Part shown: positions 11,924 to 20,300 of the stretch, in pieces
Numbering within the stretch: the stretch's first letter is position 1
How the letters are laid out: the number at the start of each line of letters is the position of its first letter
NCBI GenBank assembly: GCA_965649825.1
Contig: OZ287723.1
Coordinates: 19,874 to 83,873 of the forward strand
Length of the DNA stretch: 64,000 nt
Origin: Penicillus capitatus
Lineage: Eukaryota > Plantae > Chlorophyta
Reading direction: 5' to 3'
Translations under genes and position numbers: made by a program
The notes under the pieces: generated by a model
What the model was told of the DNA's origin: nothing
Databases searched by the model: none
The model's input: the letters and a program-made list of their open reading frames with translations, nothing else

Positions 11924-11968
11924 TTAAAATTTTGGTTGTATAAATTAAAATTACAACCAAAATTTTAA
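11924..11968. terminator. 17-bp perfect stem-loop
   Basis: TTAAAATTTTGGTTGTA - 11-nt loop - TACAACCAAAATTTTAA, between convergent transcription units. Confidence 0.7.
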
Positions 11969-11986
11969 AAGGAAAAAAATATTTGC

Positions 11987-12073
11987 AGGAAAAGGGGGGA
12001 TTCGAACCCCCGGTAGTTTTTAAACTACGACAGTTTTCAAAACTGATACATTAAACCACTCTGCCACCTTTCC
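11987..12073 (-). tRNA. trnS: tRNA-Ser(UGA)
   Basis: GGAAAGGTGGCAGAGTGG start, TGA anticodon, long variable arm. Confidence 0.92.
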
Positions 12074-12125
12074 ACCACCCCCAATAAATAATAATATCTA
12101 TTAATTATTTAATTATTTTAGATGA

Positions 12126-12207
12126 TGGGTCGAACTGGATTTGAACCAGCGAAGGCATTGCCAACGGATTTACAATCCGTCCCCTTTAACCCCTCGGGCA
12201 TCGACCC
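12126..12207 (-). tRNA. trnY: tRNA-Tyr(GUA)
   Basis: GGGTCGATGCCCGAG start, ACGGA-TTGTAAA-TCCGT anticodon arm. Confidence 0.93.
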
Positions 12208-12222
12208 ATTATTAAGGATAAT

Positions 12223-12519
12223 TGGGGATAGAGGGACTTGAACCCTCACGGTTCAACGAACCAACAAATTTTCATATTCTTAAAGAATATGGACTCTATC
12301 TTTATTTTCAAAAAATATTTATTTTTTTAAATAGCTCCCGTCGAGTCTCTGCACCTTTCTTTACTTTAATATTAAAAGATATAAAGATAAAGAATTGGCT
12401 CAGGGTTTCATTATAAGATTCTCTGAATTTGAGAGCTTTCACTTTTTTAATTTTTTAAAAAAGGCTCAATCAATTAAAATATTCAAGTCTGTAGCGTCTA
12501 CCAATTCCGCCATATCCCC
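12223..12519 (-). tRNA. trnL: tRNA-Leu(UAA), split by group I intron (exon 1 12485-12519, exon 2 12223-12272)
   Basis: Exon 1 GGGGATATGGCGGAATTGGTAGACGCTACAGACTT (35 nt); exon 2 AAAATTTGTTGG...TATCCCCA (50 nt). Confidence 0.95.
12273..12484 (-). mobile_element. group I intron in trnL(UAA), 212 nt, no ORF
   Basis: Inserted U^AA; conserved ATTGAGCC and CTCTCAAATTCAG motifs; ends in G. Confidence 0.93.
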
Positions 12520-12520
12520 C

Positions 12521-12653
12521 TTCTAGCATCAGGTTTTTTTCCCACAAAGCAGCCCTTGCAGTAAATAAAACCCCTAAATTGTTGCACTTTCAAATTCGGA
12601 AAGGTGAGAACACTTGTTTGAATTCAAATAAAAATAAGAAGTCATGAACAAGA
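12521..12653 (-). rRNA. rrf: divergent 5S rRNA
   Basis: Immediately 3' of 23S; CCTTTCCGAATTTGAAAGTG resembles the loop C motif CCATCCCGAAC; 3' half TACTGCAAGGG...GTGGGAAAAAAACCTGATGCTAGAA resembles the canonical TACTGTAGGGG...GCGGAAAAATAGCTCGACGCCAGGA. The 5' end is uncertain. Confidence 0.6.
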
Positions 12654-12996
12654 TTGAAGTGTTTCAAATTTCGTATAGACACTAGAATATTTATATTCGT
12701 TGCGAATCAAAAACAATCGACCATTAGTATTTCTTAGCTAAAATTTTTGCAAATCTTGTACTGGAAACCTATCTACCGGCTGATCTTGCCGGAGTCTTTT
12801 TAGAGAATATTCATCTTGAGGTGAGCTTCCCACTTATATGCCTTCAGCGGTACTCTTCTCCATACATAGCTACCCAGCGTTTCCTATAGGTATAAGAACT
12901 GGTACACCAGGGGTATGTTCTTCCAAGTCCTCTCGTATTATGGAAAAATTCTCTCAATATTCTATCGCTAATAGCAGATATGGACCAAACTGTCTC

Positions 12997-13796
12997 TTTT
13001 TAAGTAAAGACTATATCTTCATCTTTTTCATTTCAAATAATTGAAAAAGAGTTGCCGTATTATAATCATCGTTACTTTTAATACGAATAAGGATGGATGA
13101 CTATCTTGTATTTAACTAATTTAAATACAAAGTCGTTACGGGGTCAAACTATTTTTTATATAATTTATGTGGAAAAAAACGGGGAATTAAATCCATTTGA
13201 GTAATGAGAATTCGAAATTTACTATATTGGCTTCCATCAATAACTAAAATCCATTTAGATATCCCTGCTCGTAAAATTTTTGTGTTTATATTGAATTGAT
13301 TTTTGAATAATTGTTTTAATAGCAATCTTTCTTCTGGAGTCCAATATGTTACTTCAAATTTTATGCTACGTTGTTTATTTATTTTGGTGCCGTTCCCAGC
13401 AAACCATAAAGTTACAAAAGGAATACTAAAAAAACAAGCTATGGTTGATGGTAAACTTTTTCGTTTTCCACCTCCTATCGGCTTATACCACATATTTCGA
13501 AAACTTTTACAAATATCTAGAGTTTGAAAACTATTTCGTAAAGATATTTGCAATTTTTCATAAAGCCATTTAACAAATAGGCGTTTTTGCTTATTGCTTT
13601 GGTCTGCTCCACCGTTGGACATGATATAACCATGAAGAATATCTCGTAACTCCCGTGATATTCGAATATTAAGCTTTTTCCACTTTTTTTGTTTCATCAA
13701 CTTTGTTGACTTCCCTCGGGGTCACCGCTTTTCAGGGTTTCACCGATATGAGGCAAATTTTTCTCGCAAATCACTTTGCGGGGTCGCGAGACATTC
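12997..13796 (-). mobile_element. group I intron in rrl at about L2596-2598 (E. coli numbering), carrying a LAGLIDADG ORF
   Basis: Interrupts AACGTCGT(GA)/GAGACAG; R-like CCCGTAACGACT and S-like GAAGATATAGTC elements; TGTCTC near the 5' end can pair with the 3' exon (P10). Boundary ambiguous by 2 nt. Confidence 0.88.
13149..13697 (-). CDS. degenerate double-motif LAGLIDADG homing endonuclease/maturase-like protein
   Basis: ILHGYIMSNGG (motif 1), QS.KQK..FVKWLYEKL, F.NMWY.....RK.LP, TLWFAGNG (motif 2), LAGLIDADG_2-like architecture. Confidence 0.75.
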   Translation of the reverse strand: MKQKKWKKLNIRISRELRDILHGYIMSNGGADQSNKQKRLFVKWLYEKLQISLRNSFQTLDICKSFRNMWYKPIGGGKRKSLPSTIACFFSIPFVTLWFAGNGTKINKQRSIKFEVTYWTPEERLLLKQLFKNQFNINTKILRAGISKWILVIDGSQYSKFRILITQMDLIPRFFPHKLYKK

Positions 13797-13808
13797 ACGA
13801 CGTTCTGA

Positions 13809-14029
13809 CAAAAAATAATCCACATTTTTCGATGTGGTTCGGACTATATCTTCAATTAGGTGGTTATTATACTAATTGTTTAACATATAGTCTCTGGGGA
13901 TCCTATTTTGTTTCCTGCAGATTGTCTCCATGTAAGCACTATTTTTACATCCTTTTCTTAAAATGTAAGTGACATTGTTTGAAGATATTCCCGCATATAG
14001 TTAAATTTATAAAGTTGAGCTCATAACGT
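13809..14029 (-). mobile_element. group I intron in rrl at L2584, 221 nt, no ORF
   Basis: GAGTTGGGT^TCAGAACG; 5' exon ends in U, intron ends in G; TATGCGGGAA, CAGAGACTATA and GATATAGTCC core elements. Confidence 0.88.
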
Positions 14030-14046
14030 ACCCAACTCATGTTTCA

Positions 14047-14078
<32 letters not shown>

Positions 14079-14121
14079 GTGCTACCGCCCCAGGTTGTGA
14101 AAAGTCGACATCGAGGTGCCA

Positions 14122-14154
<33 letters not shown>

Positions 14155-14164
14155 TGAGCCTGTT

Positions 14165-14462
14165 CAAATTGTTATCGTTAAAGCTCTTTATCTTTAACAT
14201 CTTTATGTTTTCATAAAGTTCAGACTATGTCATCAACTTTACTTTTTTGATTACATATCAATTTTTAAAGTTGCTGGGCGCTCGTGGAGTTTTCTAGTTG
14301 AAGATCGAAAAAACTCTAGTCGTTGAACGTTCTTATTTACTAATATTTATTCTTCTTTCAATAAGCTTCGCTGCAAGTTGACTTATCTCAAAAGACTTAG
14401 TTTTCTTGCAATTCACCCAGTTTTTTTTCAATGTGTTATCACAAAGGGGGACAAATATATCT
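14165..14462 (-). mobile_element. group I intron in rrl at L2449, 298 nt, no ORF
   Basis: CCGGGGAT^AACAGGC; ends in G; CGTTCAACGACTA and GACATAGTCTG elements. Confidence 0.9.
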
Positions 14463-14651
14463 ATCCCCGGAGTAACTTTTATCTTTTGTGCGACGGCCCT
14501 TCCACGAGGTATACCGTCGGATCATTAAGACCGGCTTTCGCCTCTGCTTGACTTATAAGTCTTGCAGTCAAGCTTCCTTTTGCCTTTATACTCAAAAACT
14601 GATTTCCGTCCAGTTTGAGAAAACCTTTGTAAACCTCCGTTACTTTTTAGG

Positions 14652-14961
14652 CAATTAATTTTCTTAAGTTTTAGTTTTTTTTCTTAAGCTCTTTCTGTTT
14701 CCAGACAGTTTAGACTCTATCTTTTTCTATTTCTAGAAATCGAGCGTATAGTCGTTGAGGGATCAATATATTTTATTTTGACTTCCCTGCTGATTGTCCG
14801 CTCCCGATGTTTTTTATTGATTCTTAAAGGAATCAATATCATCGATATTTCATTCTTTTATCCTGCAAACGTAACGATATTTGGGGACTTAGACACGGAA
14901 GTTCCAGCATATAGCTCGAAGTTTATTTATATATTGCTATATAAAGACCCCCACAAAATTT
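14652..14961 (-). mobile_element. group I intron in rrl at L2262 (site often called 2263), 310 nt, no ORF
   Basis: GGGGCGAAAACCT^CCTAAAAAG; ends in G; CCCTCAACGACTAT, GATAGAGTC and a P9 GAAA tetraloop. Confidence 0.88.
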
Positions 14962-15278
14962 AGGTTTTCGCCCCAAAAAAACTGCCCACCTGACACTGTC
15001 AAGTGTCCTGCTGAAAAGGAAACACTTTTAGAATTCTCGTTGTTCAAGGGTGGTCTCTCAAAAATGGCTCAATTAAATCCACAAACCTAATTTCTCAGCC
15101 TCCCACCTAGACTGCGCAAAAACAATTGGAAACCAATATCAAGATACAGTCAAGCTTCCGGGGTCTTTCTGTCTTACTATTAGAAGTTCGCATCTTCACG
15201 AACATGTCTATTTCACCGAGCCTCTCTCCGAGACAGTACTCTTTTGATTACGCCTTTCGTGCGGGTCACAACTTACGT

Positions 15279-15309
<31 letters not shown>

Positions 15310-17398
15310 GAGTTACGGCCGCCGTTCACCGGGGCTTCAGTTATCAGCAAAAATTTAACCAATTTCTTTAACCTTACGGCACTGGGCAGGCGTCAGCTCC
15401 CATACATTGTCTTACGACTTTGCGGAAACTTATGTTTTTGATAAACAGTTCAAAGAATCATTTCACTGCGACCTCTACTATTTCTAGAGGTACCCCTTCT
15501 CCCGAAGTTACGGAGCTATTTTGCCGAGTTCCTTAGAGAGAGTTCCCTCGCGCCCCTTAGTATACTCAACCGACCTACCTGTGTTGGTTTAAGGTACAGG
15601 TTATTTAAATTATACGGTGTCTCAAACTTTTCTTGGAAATTTGACAAAACTCTAATTAACAATTGTCCCAATTGTATTATATTGTGTCAAAAGAGAAACT
15701 GTTGGTTTATGCCTTCATACTAAATAGCTAAAATTTTTTTTTTTTAACCATATGTTGGACATTTCCATTACAACCATTAGTAATTACTTAGGTATTGCCT
15801 TTTTCGTGATTTGTCACCAAATTCAAATAAGTACAGGAATATTGACCTGTTTTCCATCGATTACGCTTTTCGGCCTTATCTTAGGTCCTGACTAACCCTC
15901 CAGGGACGAACCTTGTAGAGGAAACCTTAGGTTTTCGGGGCATTGGATTCTCACCAATGTTTTCGTTACTCAAGCCGACATTCTCACTTCTGTTTGATCC
16001 AATCTCTTTTTCAATGAGTCTTCACCTCTAAAAACAGAACGCTCCCCTACCGAGACTTTTTTAATTTTAAATAAAAAAAATTAAAAAAGTCTCTCATAGC
16101 TTCGGCAAATAGCTTAGTCCCTTACATTTTCGGTGCATCTACGCTGTTTTACCAGTGAGCTATTACGCATTCTTTAAAGGATAGCTGCTTCTAAGCGAAC
16201 CTTCTGGCTGTTTTTGCGTTGAAACTTCCTTTACCACTTAGCTATTATTTAGGGGCCTTAGCTGATGATCTGGGCTGTTTCCCTTTTGACTTTGGAGCTT
16301 ATCCCCCAAAGTCTCACAAATTCCCGGCAAACTTCTATTAAGCATTCGGAGTTTGTGACAGTTTGTTACCATTTAATTGGCTCGTACCGAAACAGTGCTC
16401 TACCTCTTAATAGTGCATCGACAATTGCTGCGCCTAAACGCATTTCGGGGAGAACCAGCTAGCTCCGAGTTCGATTGGCATTTCACCGCTAACCACAACT
16501 CATCCGTCGATTTTTCAACATCGGTCGGTTCGGACATCCACTAAGTCTTACCTTAGTTTCTTCCTGGTCATGGTTAGATCACTCGGGTTCGGGTCTATAA
16601 TTTATGACATTTTCAACGCCTTTTTAGACTTGTTTTCACTTTGGCTACAGAAAATTTCTTTAACCATGCCAAAAACTATAAGTCGCCGGCTCATTCTTCA
16701 ACAGGCATGCGGTCAATAGTTCTCCCACAGATTGATTGCTCTAGGTTTTACAATCTATTTCACTCCCCTCTAGGGGTTCTTTTTCACCTTTCCCTCACGG
16801 TACTTTTCGCTATCAGTGACTCAAGAGTATTTAGTCTTACGAGGTGGTCCTCGTAGATTCACAAGGGATTTCACGTGTCCCAAGCTACTCGGGATATTGT
16901 TCTTAAAGATTGAAAACTGGACTTTCACCATCTATGGTACAGGTTTCAGCTGCTTAAACTCTCTTTTTTTTTTGAACTTCCCACAACCCTGAATTAATCA
17001 GTTTAGACTAATTCCGTTTCGCTCGCCGCTACTCAGGAAATCGCGTTTGCCTTTTTTTCCTTTAGTTAATAAGATGTTTCAATTCACTAAGTTATTTCTT
17101 ACTGATTTATGAATTTTTTCAGTAGTTTTAAAGATTGCTCTATTAGGGAACTTCTAGATCAATGTTCTGTCCAACTTTCTAGAAATTATCGCAGGTTTAC
17201 ACGCCCTTCATCATCTTTGAGTCCTTAGGTATTCACCTAAAGCATTATATTCTTTTTGATTCAAATAAATAATTTCGACACACGATATTCTATCAATCCA
17301 GTCAGCCTTTCTAATTTAGATTTACTAAATTACTTTTTGATTTGACAAAAAAAATTATTTATGTTGAAATAATTTAACAAAAGTCAATTTTTACTTTT

Positions 17399-20300
17399 AT
17401 GATTAAAAAAAAAATTTTGTTGATCTTAAATGAGATTTTCAGAATAATGCATTTTTTTCGAAGACCTTTCGCTATAATAGGGGTCCGCACCGCTCGACAA
17501 ATTAAAAAAGTTTCTATTTTTTTAAGTTTTTTTATATTATCGATTGAAATTTTGCAAATAAATTTCCAAAATCAAAAATTTGTTGTTTTTAAACATTATC
17601 CTATTTTATCTGAAAAAAAAATTTCACAAAAATTTGAAACGTTCTTTTTAAAATCAACTAAAGATCCTACAATATATTCAGAATACGTTAACGCAAGAAA
17701 CGAGATATACAACAAAACCTATCAGAACCTTTCTGAAAAAAAAAAAAATTTAATTGATTTTTATGACTATTTAGATTATCGCTCAGAAAGAGTTGATGAT
17801 AGTTATTACGAACATCCTCAAACTCTTGATCAAATTCAAAATTTGTATAAAAAAAACGAAGTTCTAAATATATATAAAAATTTTGAACAAATAAATTTAA
17901 TGTTAAATGCTGAGCTTACTCAACAACAAGAGGAAATGTTTAATATTTTAAGATTGCAGTACCAAAACGAGGAAGACGAACTTCTTATTAATTGGTATAT
18001 AGATGTACCTTATCTACATTGGTCTGTTGCTGAAAGAAATTTTAATCAAAAAGAATATATCGACTTATTGAATTGGAGATTTAAGAACAAAGATCTTGTA
18101 ATCCGAGACTTAAAAAAAGAAAATTCTTTAGATAAAATGCATACGGTTTTAAAAAAACTTTATCCTCAATATCAAAAATTGATACAAACAAATGTAGACG
18201 AAGAATTTCATGAAACCGATATGCACAGAATCTTTTTGTTTACTAAACAGAGACAAAGAGGATTGAGGATTAAAGATGAGAAATATAAAATACAACAAAA
18301 TAAAATTTTTATAGAAACAGAATTTATAACATCACCTCCACCATCTCCAATCGAAAAACTTTATCCAATTGATTTAGTTTTATTTATAATTTGGTCAAGA
18401 ATGTGGGATATAATTTGGGGAAGAATTGGGTACATAATATGGGAAATTATTCTCGATTTCCTTTTTACTACTATATATCAAGAAAAAATAATTAAACAAC
18501 TTGAAGAACAAGAATTAAAAGAAATCGAAGATTACAAACAACAAGTAAAACAAATAAGGGCGGAAAGAAAAAAAGAAAGCGACGAATTAGAAAAAATGGA
18601 TAATGATCTAATCTATTCGCTTCGGTTACAACGAGATATAGATGCCCAATATTCATATGTTCAACTTTCAACACCAAGCTTTCTAGAAACAGAAACATTT
18701 TTTGACAAGCGTGGTAGAAAAATTTGGCGACCACGACCAAAATCACTAATAGAAGAATACGGCGACCGATTCTCCCTATATTGTCGATACCCTCGAGATT
18801 CCTCAATGCTCTTAAATCCAACCTACACAATACCATCATACACACTAACACACAGTCCATATTATAAAATAGAAAATCTCTATAAGCTTCCATATTTAGT
18901 TATTTCCGTAGCTGAATCTGAAGATAGAAAACAAAATCCTTGGAAATTTTTTAACGAGCTTAAAGCAAGACAAATCCGCGAGAGAGAATTGAGATTTTTG
19001 CAAATAACATTAAAGAGCTTCAGAAAAGATGAACTTGATAAAAAATATCCAATTCCAAAATTTAGAGCGACTCCAAAAAAAAAGAAAAAACAAAAAGAAC
19101 GGTTTTGTTTGGAGGGTCGGCATCACTACAAAATTATTAAGAAATTTAAATCACAAATACCGCCTTCAATAACAAAACTCGAGCAAAGAGCTATCAAAAA
19201 CAAAAAAACCCTTTTTGAAGATGAGTTACTAAACGAAGAAGCTGCGAATTGGGACTATTACATTAAAAAACTAGAAGACCAAATACCGTATAAACTACAA
19301 GGATTCGAAAAAGTCGAGTTACCAATACTTTCAAAACCAAATTCTCCAGGAGACAGGTTGTTAAGTACAGCTTTCAATGTATATAGATTGCAAGAATATG
19401 AAATTCAAAATTATTCTAAAAGCAAGCTAGAGCAGGGATTAAAAAAACTTGCCTCACTGCATCTAGAAGCTCCAAAAACTTATTCAGAGTATTGTAAAAT
19501 GAAAAACGAAAAAATCAATTTTTATGTGTGTTTCAATAATATAAATTTGATATTCGATCAAATTAGCGACATAAGAAATTATAAAACCTTCTATAAATTC
19601 TTAGAAACACTAGTCGAAGTAATGAATCTGAAACAATTTAAACCTTTTTTTAAACCATTAAAAAAATCTACTTATACAAAATATAAAAAATTCGAACTTC
19701 AAAATTTAGTTCGTAATAGAAAATTCATGAAAAATAAGCTTCCACTAGTGTATTTGTTGCCAATATCAAAAGAAAAATACAAACCCGAGTACAATTCTCG
19801 TAAAGCAGCTAGTAAATATAAAAAAGAACGAAAAGAATATATTAAATTAGCAGGTCCACAAATTATTGATAACAAAACTGACTTTACAGTAGAATTCTTC
19901 GGACAATACATAACTTTAGACTTAAACGAATATTTAGTTTTTCAAGAGTGGCGGGAAAAAACGAATCGAATAAAATTCTCAAGATTATTCTTGTCTGATA
20001 AAAAAATATCTCCTGTTTTCGAACAAACATTAGAAAAACCTCATTTAAATATGCTGGTAAATGCAGAAGATTATTTATTAGAATTGATTTTTGATGTATT
20101 AGACATGGATACAATAAACCTTAAACTTGAGCAAATAAACGAAATCCTTAGCATTCTAACAATGTTGCCTTCTAAATATAAACCCTATAAATATAAAATG
20201 GGGAAAAAAACAAAATATAAACTTGAATCTAGAGTTACAAAACCGTTAGCGACCCTTTTTCCAGAAAATGAAAAAAACAACAATCAAGAAGATAAAAGGG

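Larger units (their letters stand above)
12704..17262 (-). rRNA. rrl: 23S rRNA with four group I introns
   Basis: Conserved 23S motifs throughout (e.g. GTTTGGCACCTCGATGTCG, GGGAT^AACAGG); the ends are set by complementary GAATCAAAAA/TTTTTGATTC (helix 1). Confidence 0.97.

Noticed and set aside
12838-16856. Several 61-89 aa ORFs overlapping rrl and its introns
   Set aside because: Incidental frames across rRNA or intron core sequence.
18492-20114. Antisense ORFs (133, 70 and 76 aa) within ftsH
   Set aside because: Shadow ORFs of a long sense CDS; no motifs.
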